This document shows, piece by piece, positions 47,564 through 61,100 of a DNA stretch of 64,000 nucleotides. Positions within the stretch are counted from its first letter, which is position 1. Each line of letters opens with the position of its first letter. The position numbers and the translations under genes were made by a program. The stretch lies in NCBI GenBank assembly GCA_030295235.1, contig AP026155.1:496001-560000 (forward strand), read 5' to 3'. Under the pieces are notes generated by a model, which was not told the DNA's origin, searched no databases, and saw nothing but the letters and a program-made list of their open reading frames with translations. This DNA comes from Fistulifera solaris (Eukaryota).

Positions 47564-48176
47564 TCACAGCGCGTCTTTACCGGTAATGACTAGTGACATT
47601 TTATCCAACAAAGTCAATGAAATGATACTATAGGGTGCCAATTTGACAAATGCGGGGGTAAATCCTTTCCACAATACCCCAAATCCATGGGCTCGAATGG
47701 ATTTTACGAAACAATCCCACACACTCTTATATCCAGAAACAGTATGATTCTGATAACGACTCTTCAAAACATCGAATGGTGTCGAAACCAAATTGGCGAA
47801 AAAGGAGGAAATCGTAGTGGCTAGAAACAAGACGGGGTATCCCTGAAGCCATTGTCCTTGTTCTCCAAAGTACTCGGACGCCGACAATTGTTCTTTTACT
47901 TCGGAGGTAATGCCCAACGAACACGCCGACACGAGTATCGCACGTACCACCGTCGGTGTTGCGCCGCGCCACAATTGCCCCACACCTTCTGCTTGCACCA
48001 GACGGCGCCAACAATCATAGACGGAAGTATACGTTTGAGGGTGAACCGACATGCGCACCAACGCCACTTCGGCCGGGGTTCCCACCCAAGCACCGATACT
48101 TCCCGCAATCGATCCCATGAGCAATTTGTGTTTTAAAGACACGGCACCTCGTTGTTGTTGTTGTTGTTGTTGTTGT

Positions 48177-48207
<31 letters not shown>

Positions 48208-48511
48208 AATGATGATCAAGTAAATAAGAATAAATTCCCATTCGACACGATCCATACAATACTTGTCGAATATAGGCAGCAGAAATACCTGCATACAGCC
48301 CCTTCGCGAGTCCAGCCTCCGCGTAAATCGAACGCGCGGTATGCCACATACCACGATTCTGATGAGGATGATGATGAAGTTGTTGCATGTGGATGCGAAT
48401 GACATCGAGGGGATGACATACATTGACGGCGCCGATACCGGCCAGTGCACTCAGTATCATGCGCGTGGGCAAAGGAACAACAGCGCGACTGTGGCCGTTG
48501 TCGTCGTTCAT
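47564..48511 (-). CDS. Mitochondrial carrier (2-oxoglutarate/malate or dicarboxylate type)
   Basis: Three PX[DE]XX[KR] signatures (PLDVIR, PAEVALVR, PFDVLKSR); RQVLYGSCRMG; WRGATPTVVRA. Confidence 0.9.
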
Positions 48512-49679
48512 GGTCTAGTAGCTACAAAGTATTATCGGCAACGGTGTTTCATCTGCTATTCGTCTCTTCTTAATTTGTCATCGGAACTCTCATCAGATTG
48601 ATGCTGTATCTTCCGCACCGCTTTCGATCCATTATTATTTGATTATTGTCGAACACTCTAATGATGATTGCCGAAGGGAGTCTCTGGAAGACAGAATTTC
48701 TAACCTCTATAGCGGCTAGGCATTCCGTCGCGTCTGATCGGTATTGACGTCAGCACGGGTGTAATTGGTGTCCCTATTCTATGTTTTCACCTATATATCC
48801 CAAGCACTTCAAGCCAAAGTGATAAGATTCTTATGGGACGCTTCCCTACGACTATCGTCTAAGTCTTGAAGGTCATCGGGCCTATTGGTATCTCATCAAT
48901 CATTCCATCCCTTCATTCTGCTATTGGGCGGACAGTTAATTCACTTGGTCAACAAGATCGCAAATTTCGCTTCCTCTCAACTCTTATGCTTTATCCCAGA
49001 TCCCAGCGGAGCGAATATCTTCATCATACAAGTAATCTGTAATCTATAATCTAACTTGTTTGCCTCGACTCTGATTATCTAACTTGTAACTTGTTGGCCT
49101 TTTAGACTTACGCGATCTTTCTGTTGTGACAGCGTGGAACGTGGAACCATGGGATGACTACCAGGTACTCATCTCTATGACTACAAAGCGCACAGAGAGC
49201 ACAGAGGCACCGTGGATATAGCGAATAAAGTTGCCGCTAATATGTTTGTGTATAGTGTACCGAATTACAACTTTTATCTACTATTTAATTACTCATAATG
49301 CAAAAACGCAAACGCCGTTCTCACATTATCACCAAAAATGTTCTCCTACCTTGATCCTTGACGGCTCGAGACACACATCCAACATCCATGTCCCATTTTT
49401 GATATATCTTATATATCCCATGGTATACCATAAGTTACTTGAATAATGCACAGAAAAATATCGTCAAGTGTCAAAAGTGTCCCTGTGAACGAGATTGCAT
49501 GTCAGATGCCATCAATCCATCAGCGAACAAAACCAATCGGGCAAGATACCTGGTAATTAGGAATTTCAATTTAAAATGTAACAAACCGTCTCTGGCATAA
49601 TTTGCCAGGTGTTGTGTGGTTACCGGTACCAGGTACCTTTGTATCCTTTGAATTGGCTTGAAGTATTTCACAGTCCACC

Positions 49680-52284
49680 ATGAAGCTCTTTGGCGTCTCA
49701 TCGATTCTTACATCTTTCGCTCTTCAGTCGATTTGGCTGGAAGTAGCCAAAGCAAACGTTTGCATGATGCTCTATCAGATGGCCGGTGCGTATCTTTTGA
49801 ATCGTTCACGCGTCATCGGATCCGCCTATATTCGCTCACACATCCTTCCTTTTAGACAATTATCTCGAGTACTTTATTCGACAGGATAACAACGAGCTGA
49901 TCAACTCGGCTGCCATTCGAGAGCCTACATTGACAACCTGGGTGTATTTTGACAGTCGCAACTACGGCACCGCCGAAGATATTACTTTACCCTTGGAGGA
50001 AGTGTTTGCTCCTGATGGAACTCCTCTCGCAGCAAAGTTCGAAGGCAGTCTCTTAATGACCTGGGATCATGCGAGAGAACAGATGGTCGTCAATGCATCT
50101 TCTACTGTAGAGTTGAACAGCGACCATCCTCAGACTCTGTTCAACTTTTTGGCGTACGCAATGACCGACTGCGTTGCTCGTGGCTCTACCGAGTACATGC
50201 TTATTTTGTCATCGCACGGTAGTGGAATGTTCGGATTTGGAGGTGACGAAAATGTCGCGCGACGTCGTCGTCGTTTGTTGCAGGCGAATCAAAATATTGT
50301 CAACGCGGTGCAGTCGGCCCTCGGTGCCGTGGAGGGTGCCCCCGCAAAATTGGATGTTTTAGGCTTCGATGCTGGCTTGATGCAAGCGGTCGATACTCTC
50401 GACGAATACCACAACATTACAAAGTACTATATGGCTAGCCAAGCTGTGGAGCCCGGACACGGTATGACTCGTATTGGTTCGTTTGCTTCGATCAAATGAC
50501 ACCCCTCTCACTCATCAATCACTTCTTCTTGTCACAGGCTGGGCTTACAACTTTTTAGAGCCTGCTACTAATGCTCTGGAATACGCTATCAATTTCCATG
50601 ACAATTTCTTGCAGCAAACACAGGGTTCGGATGTCCACATGACCCCCAAGACATTGGCTATCGTTGATGCGGACCTGTTTATTCCGTTCCTCAATGCGTG
50701 GGATGCACTGTTTTTGGAGCTCAGCATTAAAATTGCAAATGACAAGAATGTGCACACAATTATGCAACGTTCTCGCCTGAACACATTGGCCTTTATGGGT
50801 GCCATCGATACTTCCGATACCAACACACCGTCGGCAATGGACATTGGAAGTTTTTTCGAAACATTCCGCACCATGTGTTCAATTGATCCGAACAGCGAAG
50901 TCGAAACTTTGATGGCAGCTGCTGAAACTGCGTATACTGCCATGTTCGTCTCGAGAGGAAACGGTCCAGGAACACCACCAGCATCCGGGATGCACATCCT
51001 GTGGCCGCAGCGACAAGTTTACGAGAGATATGACCTGTCCGTGATCATCGAAAGTGATAGTCTTGCTGCAACTGGCGACGCTCCCAACTGGATTAATTTC
51101 CTAATGACTTTCTATCAAGCCGCCGCTCCTGAAGCTGTCAGTGAAAAATCGGTTTGTCTACAATCGATCGTCTCGGATCTTGAGGCGACCGCGGATGGTC
51201 GTCTGCTTTTGAATCCCGCAATCGTAGGAACTGACAGTGGAGTTATTGCATCCAGTGCATTGGCGATTAGAACCGATAGAATCTATGTGAATTATGGTAT
51301 CGATCTCACGTTCCTCTTGAAAGGCCGACTTCGTCATCTGAAAAAACCATTCCCTCCATGGCTAGTGCCAATCGCACTGCAATCAACCACCCGCTCAAGC
51401 CGAACTGGGAGAACGCTCAGAGACGTTTGCAAACGGAAACCGGTGATTATTTTATTTTGTTCGGTGGTAATGTGCTTGGAGCATTCGAAGGACCCGAGTT
51501 TGTCGCTACCTGGGACAAGAAGTTTTATTTTCTTGGAAACAGTGACTCGGGGGAGCTAGTATATGCTACGGATAGTAAAGGTGGACTGAAAAGCATTCCG
51601 GTCATGTATTTTGCAAGGAGTACCCCAATCACCGCCGCCGATATTCCACTTGGCAGTACCATTGAGCGCGCAATGTTTTTGGGCGGTATCTTTGGCTTCC
51701 TCACCGTCTCTCCCTCCGATGCCATATTATCTGTCATCAGCAGCTACGTCCTCTACACCTTTGATCCGGTAACAAGGGCATTCCGTGAAACCCCCACTTG
51801 GGCTGGCGGTCAAATCACACCCGTACTATTTTCGGAACTTGTTGTTGGTGACAAGGTAGTTACTCAACTGGTGGGTGGCTTTCGCAGCACCATCTTCCCG
51901 TGGGGCGAAGACAGTGATTTTGGAGTTCTCGTTATGGATGCGGTCAAATTCATCAGTAGAATCGATGCATTAGATTCGGTAAAGGTTGAAATGAGGGCGT
52001 ATGATAATGATGTCCGGGGGGCTGTTGACTTCTTTTCAGCATCGTTAACTTCCAGTGAGCTGGGAGGATCGACTGCTAAACCTCCCACTGCAGAATCACC
52101 GTCTACAGGACCTCCAACTGCTAGTCCTCCTACTGCCAATGCTCCCACTGCAGGCCCTCCGACGGATGCACCTCCCGTTGGAGATGCTCCTGCTGCTGAA
52201 CCCACTAGTGGAAGTTTCGGAAGTCGTGTCATGTTGTGGACGGCATTAGTCTTTGCCCCCGCTGTGATGTTTGTGTTGTTCTAG
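49680..52284 (+). CDS. Secreted or GPI-like clostripain (peptidase C11) family protein; introns about 49786-49854 and 50462-50537, plus frameshifts
   Basis: Signal peptide; YQMADN(Y)LE, ELNSD, LILSSHGSG, LDVLGFDAGLM, ASQAVEPGHGW; Pro/Thr/Ala linker and hydrophobic C-terminal tail. Confidence 0.78.
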
Positions 52285-52288
52285 ATGC

Positions 52289-52336
52289 AAAGGAAAGGAA
52301 AGGAAAGGAAAGGAAAGGAAAGGAAAGGAAAGGAAA
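52289..52336. repeat. (AAAGG)n microsatellite just after the C11 stop codon
   Basis: About 9 tandem AAAGG units. Confidence 0.95.
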
Positions 52337-52598
52337 GAAGAAACAGCACGCCAAGAAGCTGAGACCAAACACAAAACGAGACCATTAAACACTATAAAAA
52401 TAATAAACACGACAAGTGGAGTAATCGTGAACGGTGGACTAAATTCAGTCACGAGATCGCAATTTTCATTGAACTGTATGCGTTTTTCAAAAGTCCTTTT
52501 CATTTTAGTTGCTACCAGGTACATTTTCAAATACGACGACACACACAGCAACAACAATAAGAAGCAAATAGGAAAAAGCTTTCAAATCACTTGCACAG

Positions 52599-54099
52599 AT
52601 GTCCCGCTCGAATACGGTACGATCCGTGTACATGGCCCGTGTCCGACGAGCTTTTTTTGTTGCGCGTTCATCCCGATCGGTTTCGTTCTCCATCCATACG
52701 ATCGCAACAAGCTCGCTTGGTGCAAGCCTTGTCGAATCGGATGAATCAATCGGATTTTACGGCGTGGCAGCAGCAACAACAGGAAAGTGTTACTCCTACA
52801 TTTTTATTAAATCAAGACGACAACACAACGTATCCCTTTGTTTTGGAAAAGCGCGATGGGTCTTTCTTTCGAACTGAATTACAAATGAATGCCTCTGTGG
52901 ATGTCATTCTTTCTACCATATTGCACGGTTTGAAGCAAGTGGGTGCGTTGCTTCCGGATCCCCCCGAAAGGGCATCCAATACGGAAGACGACGACGACGA
53001 CGACTCGTAGGAACACCACACCCCTTCACGAAACGATGGAGTCACATACGTACAACAATCATCCTAGTCCTTCATTTCATCCGAAAGGACGCAGTTTGTC
53101 CGATTTCTTGTCCAATTTGCAACCCAATGAAATTTCAACACGTCGGAACAGTCGCATCGATGCCCAAGCAGCCGCTTTGGCCGTAAGACGGTTGTATCGA
53201 TTTCAAGCCGTCGATGCAACTTCCTTGGGATGGTCGTCGGCTTGGGTCGCGACCTTGTTTCGAAGATTGCTCGATTTGCATCATTATCATCATCATTCTC
53301 AACCATTTAAAGTCCATTCCTTTTATCCCATTCGTTTGGTATTTTCGAATGCGGCCGCCAAAGTATCGATCCTACAACGCCCGGATCATGCCTTGGATGT
53401 GTATGGTGGTGTATTGCGCTTGAGTCCAGCCAGTACATCGATGCAATGGCTCGAAGCACTCGCGAGTGTGACTTCGGAACGTATCGAGGAAATTCAATAT
53501 CATCAATCCCAAATGTTGGCTTATTCCAAGACGATTCACAGTGTTTTGGGAGTCAAAGTTAAGAAAGGTCATTCGTGTAGCAATGTGGAGTATTTTTCCT
53601 TTCTAGAACGCTTGTCGCATCAATTATTGCCGTTAGAGAATGATGTGTCTCGGTCAACGACACTGCAATTATCGACATCATTCCCTCATTTTTCCAAGAC
53701 ACCGATGGTCATGATGATTGAAGCGTCGACCCTGTGTCGTCGACCGATCGTGACAACGGAAGGCCAACTCCGACTCGGCGCGGCCATGAATACCACGACG
53801 GTACTACGGGCCATGACGGAACTCAGTCCAGTGGCTCGACAACGGCGGGACGAACATGAAGTATTCCGCGAACAACAAAGGAATGGATTCAACAAGCGCA
53901 ATATCAATTGGGATTGCAGCATGTTTATGCGACCGGAACGGTTTCTTTTACTGATTTTAATACAAGTTTGGAACGATTGATAGTCAATGGTCAAGTTGGG
54001 CAACATTTGGCAGGTCATTCGTTGGGAATAACCGGTGCGGATCGTTTTTGTCATTTGGCGGATGATGGATCGTTGGTGATTCCTCACAATTGGGTGTGA
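52599..54099 (+). CDS. TCAIM-like (DUF4460/DUF4461) protein, about 3 frameshifts
   Basis: FLLRVHPDRF near the N-terminus; DGSLVIPHNWV at the C-terminus. Confidence 0.65.
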
Positions 54100-54548
54100 C
54101 TCTACTGTAATCATCCGTTGTATTGTTTACTTCATTCCTGTTCTTGATGGCTTGCTACATACAACGCTTTATATCTCATGCCGTTCGGTTGTGCGTATAG
54201 CGAATCGCATCTAAACTATTACTACAACATAGGTTTTGGTATTCAACCCGGGAATAAATTTTTGTGTGTCCCGAAGTCATTTGCCATAAATATTTCGCTT
54301 TTCACCTGCGATGACCGTTTTTTTCCGATGATTTCTTTTGAAACAATAAAATCGGAAAACGATACATGAATAGCAAGAAGAGAAAGAGACAAATCTGTCT
54401 TATCGAACTTGCATTGCTCTTTCTACTCGTCTGTAGCTACGATGAAAGCTAGAACGATCTGAATTCACCAATTGACATCGATATCATAAGTCAAGAAACA
54501 CCTTCTCATTCTTTGCTCATCGACAAAAGTCGCTTTTCTTTCTTAACG

Positions 54549-56054
54549 ATGCCAGTAATAACGACGAACTCTGCAAGAACGGTGACTCGTCGCAACAATG
54601 AAGCCATTACGAAATTATCCAGAATACATGGAGGAAGAATGGTGAAAGGAATATTGGGAGGTTTTCTACTTTTCTTTCTGGCTTGGAATTACTACATGGG
54701 GGTTCGCTTCATTCGTCCGCCCATTTTACAGAATGACCGCAATAACAACAACAACGCCTTACGAAAATATCCACCGCATCGTTATTATCATCTCAATAGT
54801 ATACCGAAACATCAACAACCGTCTTTTTGACGACCGAGACGGAATACATTTATGGTGAATGGCCCATCGTATTGCCACTCCGTGCCCGGAATGCCAATCA
54901 GCGACAAAAAAGGAATGAACACGGACCCTTTAAAATTGCTGTCGATCAAACTTCTTGGATATCTCGTGAAGACGTGTCGCTGCCCTTTGCAGATGGCACC
55001 AATCCCAGTATCATTTCAGTGGATCGCTTGAAGGGCTGGGACGCTCTACCCAGTCTGTTGCAACAGTTTCCCCAGACACGCTTCGTGGCGACGGCGTGTA
55101 TGACCAACAGTCAATGTGCGTGGAAGGATTCTCCGTCCGAAATACAGCAGTATCAGATATCAACCCAAACTCAGCCGGATACCATCCGCACTGTATTATT
55201 ATTACTGGACGATTCCTTTCAAACATTGACCCAAGCCACCATCTATTTAGAGCGAGATGCGGCTTGGGGACGGAAATTGCGACAACCGAGTTCTTCCTTG
55301 TACTTGCCGGCTCTTGATGATGCCCGATTGTTTCGTCACAATCAGCAATTGTTTGTCAGTTACCGAGAAGGACCAGGATTTGGGTACGAGACACAAGTCT
55401 TGAATCCCATTCATTTGCAATTTACTACGTCCAGTCAAGAATGGTCCGCGCACATTCGTGCCTCCGAGACGAGTTCCTTTTGCTGTGGACGGAATATGGC
55501 ATTGATGCGTGGAGAAAGTGAGGAACAGTTGCGGGCATTGACGTGGGTCGATCCGGTGACCATTATTGACATTGATACGACTCCGGGTGCCACCAACAAG
55601 AATAAGCGACGAAAGTTGGCCGCCGAGCACAAATCCCACATTCACGGCACCAATGGGTTCATGGTGGAAATTCCATCCTCAGAGGAGGAGGAGGAAGTGA
55701 CATTCTTGGGAGTCGCACACTTTCATCGTCCCAATGACCGGAAAGAGAATCCGTACGCTCGGTTCGGACATCACTACACGCACGCTTTTTTACACGGTAC
55801 GGAAGGATCAACTGGTGGGATTGTCACCCGAATTTGTATTACCCTCCAAATATGATGAGGATGATGGAGAAGTGATTCAATTTTTGTCGGGGTTGGAATA
55901 CGATGCGCCGCGCAATGAAGTGGTAATTGCGTACGGAATTAACGATTGTGAAGCTGCTGTAGAGGTGGTGGATCTACAAGTCATATTGCAATTCTTGCGA
56001 CCCGTGTCTGATGGCCAGCAAGTCGTCGATTTTATGATGCCTTTGAAATCATAG
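54549..56054 (+). CDS. Type II membrane beta-propeller carbohydrate-active enzyme (beta-mannosyltransferase/GH130-like), 2 frameshifts
   Basis: N-terminal TM; NPSII, DDARLF, RNMAL, LGVAH, HHYTHAF, IQFLSGLEY, VIAYGINDCEA. Confidence 0.6.
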
Positions 56055-56255
56055 TGACGAAGATTATGCAATTCGTGTTAAGTTTCTCAATAAAATAGAT
56101 CAATTCGACTGTCGGTTTCGGCCATACTCTGTAAACTACCGGTACCGGTAGTTGGCTTGTGACCTTAGTCTCGTCCGTCTGTCGTCGGTCACTCGCAAGC
56201 CGTCTGGCCATCCTCCAACGTTCTTGACGCGATTCATTCAGCCAGACGACCAACG

Positions 56256-58131
56256 ATGAAAAACGAAAAACGTCGCAAGGATCTCACCATGACGCCTTCA
56301 GCAAAGAAAGCCCGGTGCTGGAAAGCCAAACGTTCCTTGCCAACGATACAAACGAATAGCGAAATGAAGGACGACACAGATAGCAGCGATCAGGCTGAAA
56401 AGGTGAAGAAAAAGAAAGACAAGAGGGAAAAGAAGATCAAAAGGAGAAGAAAGAAAAGAAGGTGAAGAAAGACAAGAAGAAAGAACAAAGAGAAAAGATC
56501 GATCACCAGAGAATAAATTTCCTCTCAAAAGACAGCGTTACGAGCCTGAAAGTTCATCTACGGGAGAAGCGTCGACAAGGAATCATATTCAACAAGAAGA
56601 AACAACAGGAGACTCACTGGCGCAATACAATCGCAACAATCCGCGTCCCCGCGCCGAGTCGTCTTCTTTATTAAAACCCGAAGACAAAGACGCCGATCGA
56701 TGTGTGACTCTATTGCTGTTCTATCAATACGTTGAACCCGTCTGGAACGAAGAACAATACCAAGAAGCTTTGCGGATTGCCGAAACATTGGCGACACGCC
56801 ACCAATTGTCGGGTCGTATGCGGGTCGCCCGCGAAGGCTTCAATTGCACGCTCACTTCGAAACACAGAACCGAGATGTACGACTTTTGTCAGTCGTTGCG
56901 CGATTGGAATGACGTCTTCTATAAGACGGAATTCAAATTCACGCACGACTTGCCTTCGGCACAAGCATTTCCGCAACTCAAAGTCATCCCCGTCGTGGAA
57001 TTGGTGCATTACGGTTTGGAAGGACGCAAGGCTCCACCCATTGCGCAATATTCCGGTGTACATTTAGAGCCGACTCACTATCATCAGAAATTGGCAGAAC
57101 CCAACACGGTCGTCATTGATGTTCGGAATCATTACGAAGCGGTGATTGGGCATTTTCAGCCACCGACAGAGGCCGACGGGGAGGACACACCACCCAAGTA
57201 TATTGATCCGAAAATGCGAAAAAGCACTGAATTCCCCGCCTGGTTGGACAATCCAGAGACTCAGAAAGAATTGAAAGGGAAACAAGTCCTTATGTTTTGT
57301 ACAGGAGGAATTCGTTGCGAAAGGGCATCGGCTTTGCTTAAGTACAAGATGGCCACGGATCCAGTGGTCAAAGGTAAGTCAATTGATTGATTTGATTTGG
57401 ACGAAATGATAAAAACTCACAATCCTTTAGACCTCGGTATCAAGGGTGTTTACCAGTTGCAGGGTGGCATTGACAAATACTTTAAAGAATTCCCCGACGG
57501 CGGTTACTGGAAAGGAAAAAATTACGTGTTCGACAAACGCTTTTCTCACGCTCCCCTTTTGAAGGAGGAACATGTACCCGAGGCCAAGCCCGACGCTCCC
57601 ATTTCATCGTGCGAAGCGTGTGGCAAGCCGTGGGACAAGTTTCGCGGAAAGCAAAGGTGTTATACGTGTGGAGTACCGAGTTTGGTGTGTCGAGATTGTT
57701 TGGAAAGCAAATCAAAACCGCGGTGTGATTTGTGTGTAGCGCAGAACATTCGATCGAAGCGGGAATGGAGAGAGAAGGAACAGCAGGAGATTGAAGAATA
57801 CGAAAAACGATCGAAAGCCAGAGGTGTTTTGCTGGCTGCGACGCACAAAGAAAACCAAAATAACGTGACGCGACTCTTTTTGAAGAATATGTGTCGAAAG
57901 AACATGACAGATGCTATTCTATTGGATTTTCTGCCGGGAATCACTCATCTAGTCTGGAAAAATCGAGCTGGAGAGTTTACAGGACAAGGCTGGGTTGAGA
58001 TGGAATCCCCCGAAGCAGCTGCTGCCGCTGTTGCAAGAACGGGTGAAGTTATTTTAGGCCGAGCGTTGCACATAAAGTTTGATCCTCCAGATGGGAAAGA
58101 TGTTTGGCCTCCTCCGCATAGCAAAGTCTAA
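56256..58131 (+). CDS. TrhO/TSTD2-like (UPF0176) rhodanese protein with a C-terminal RRM; intron about 57374-57430, frameshifts in the K-rich 5' part
   Basis: LLFYQYV, GRMRVAREGFNCT, DVRNHYE..IGHF, MFCTGGIRCE, QLQGGIDKY, KNYVFDKR; RRM RLFLKNM...GQGWVEM. Confidence 0.85.
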
Positions 58132-58194
58132 TCAACACAAGAGACGGAATGAATATTGGTGATAAAACGGTAGTAGCGATCGATTTTTGTGCTA

Positions 58195-61100
58195 TCAAAC
58201 AAAATTTCCGTGTGAATCGGACTGTGTACTGCTGGTGGTGTCGATGCTGCTTGTATCATAGGAAAGAAGACGGGTGGCAGGAGCTCCAATCCACACGCTG
58301 TCAGACTCAATAACCTCTCCCGTCATGGCGAGACTCTTCTCGAGAATCATCGAGTTGTCTTCCATGCAGACACCTTGTTGAATTCGTGACCTAGAACGAA
58401 GTGTAACGTTATTGCCCATTTTGATCTTTGAGAGCTCGAAATTTCCTCGAGTATTCAAATGACAAACAATCGAGGCACAGTCGATAACGCAGCGGTCTCC
58501 CATCTCAACAAGATCCGGCTCGGGCATGTAAGGGTCGCCACCTGCAGGGTACAAACAACAGTCACGGCCAGCTTTCAGCCCAAGGGCCCGGAAGAAAAAG
58601 GTCATCAACGGCGAACCCGAAAATAGATCCATGATGTTCATCCGCCCATTGTGTCGCACAGTCGATATGATCTGATACAACTCCCAACGTTGCCCATAGC
58701 TGCAAGTGTCGTAGTTATAGCGCCCTTCCTCTCTTTGCCCCATGAGCCCCCACTTTGATGACACCTCAACGGCAAACCATATCAGGACACTGAACAAATG
58801 AGTGAATACAAAAGTGATCAAGACTACTAGATACATCGAGGACGAAGAAACTTCGGTTCCTGAGTAGTCACGTTCAGACAAGCGCCATCCGAAGAAATAG
58901 CCAGCAGCCAACTGAGTTGCCGCTAATATGGGCCTGTGCGGAAGGTCATGACAGTGAGTCAAAAGCCTGAAAAATAATGCCTAACTCTCGAATGTAATGA
59001 TACTTACATTGTGTGGAGAGCGGCATTCGCAACACGGGTTAAGATTGTGAACAAAATGATCATCCAGGTCGGCCAAACCCAGTAGGGGGCTTCGTTGTTG
59101 TAGACCGCTTTCCCAAATGGTCGCAATGTCGTCTCGTCTCCATGAAACTGCAATTGACTCGGTTTGACGTCAGATGAATTGACCACATAACTTGACGCTT
59201 CTAGGCCTTTTTCGAGAAGGACAGGTTCACCACATCGTGAGCCGAACCAGACACTTTGTTCCGGTAAATATCGTCCAGCCGGACAAACAGAGTTTGATCC
59301 AAGAACTGCATTTTTCCTATTATGCCGCCGGGTAGAACAACTGTGTTGTCAGAAACATTCGCTCCGGCACAAAGGACTATTTTCTCGCACGAGTCTGTTG
59401 TTGTACTTAAAAGACAAGTTCGTGATCCAAACACAACATCATCTCCTATTTCAAGTAAATCGAACTCCCCGTGAAAATCGGTTGATGACCAGGCCAGAAG
59501 ACACGTTTCCCTATCTTTGCACCAAGTAAGCGGTAAAGGATGCTAACTAATTCGTAGTGTCGTCCCAAAATTTCAGTGCAGTCTTGCATACTCTCTCGTG
59601 TGAAAATGTTCGCCGCAAGATGATGGCGAACCACTTCCCATTCAGAGGTAGGATCTCGTTGACCTGGCCTGAATTTTCCAATGATGAATCTTTTCACCAA
59701 AATGGCGAATATCATGTAGACAAGAGGGGCGACAGTAGCGCGGACTACTCGAATTCCGATGAAAAAGGTATTCTTCTCACATCACAGAGCCATTCCATCA
59801 AGTCATTCATCGTATCGAAGGGCTCATCGTGATGCCAAGGCATGGTAATCATCCAGTACAAGATGGCGAAAGCCGGGATATGCGAAATGGTGGTGACAAA
59901 TAATTTGATTGGCCATATTAGAAAGATTTGAGAAGTCAAATAAGGTTCAGGAAGAGCCTCTCGGTTGTATCGCAGGTTGTCAGAATCAGGCGAAGCACCT
60001 ATTTCATAGCTCGACGTAGCCGGACCTAGATGTCTCCCATCTGGTACTTCTGTATTAGGTGCTACAACGGATCTTATGCCAACGCTGGCTTGGTTTCCGA
60101 CCCGCACAGGACCTAGTATCACACAACCGTTATCAACACCGAAAGCTCGAACAGTCGAATACTCGATGGCAGCTTCGTCTCCGACTGTAACTAGGTCATA
60201 TTCAGCTACATCGGCAGCAGAACTGATTCTCGCGTTCTTTCCGATCTTTGCTCCGAGGGCGCGGTAGTAGAAGTTGAGCATCGCCGCATTAGATCCCCAA
60301 ATACCGCGCCCAATCATTTTTCTGAAGATTTCAACTATCCACCAACGAAGATAATATGATCCCCAGATACCAAATCTGCCCGCCTTGTACCTGCCGATGA
60401 CTGCCCATTTTATTAGCACAAAGATCCACGGTGTAACCGTCACCCAGAAGAAATGAAAGAACACTAGAGTGAAGATGATCTTGTACAAGTTGCGTTCCCC
60501 GGGTACAAATAGAAGTATCCACAGAAGACAACGAAAGAAGAGGAAAAATCTTGTCAAGTACCATAGGGGGTACAATACCGTGATGGGAAGAAGTTGAAAT
60601 GATGCCGAGAAAAAGTGTTGCTTGGTTCTATGCGGCTTGGATCAAAGGAAGCACGTGAAAGATTTAGGTCTTTTGAAAAGTGCGAAGAAGCAGCAACAGA
60701 CGCGGGGTCTGTTATTGATCGTGACTGTGGATTTGTTATTTTTTCTCCTCGACGTTCACGGATTACGTCCGAAATACTGAGACAGGTCGGATGATGGAAG
60801 ACTTCGGCTCCGCCGAAAGGAATGTCGTACATTTTCCGGATTCGGCTCGCGAGCTGCGAGGCTAGCATAGAACTCCCTCCTGTATTGAAGAAATTGGAGT
60901 CTGGTGCTGGTAAGCAATCTAAGTCAAGCAATATTTGAAACAGTTCCTGTAATTCTGAGACCAACGAATCCGTCGGACCATGCCCCGAGTTGAATTCTTC
61001 TTGCAAGATGGATACAATCGCATCAGACGGCTGTGGGGGATTCAACTCTGCGGAAGCAACGGGCTCATTTAATTTACACACATGGCTCGGCACGGCATAG

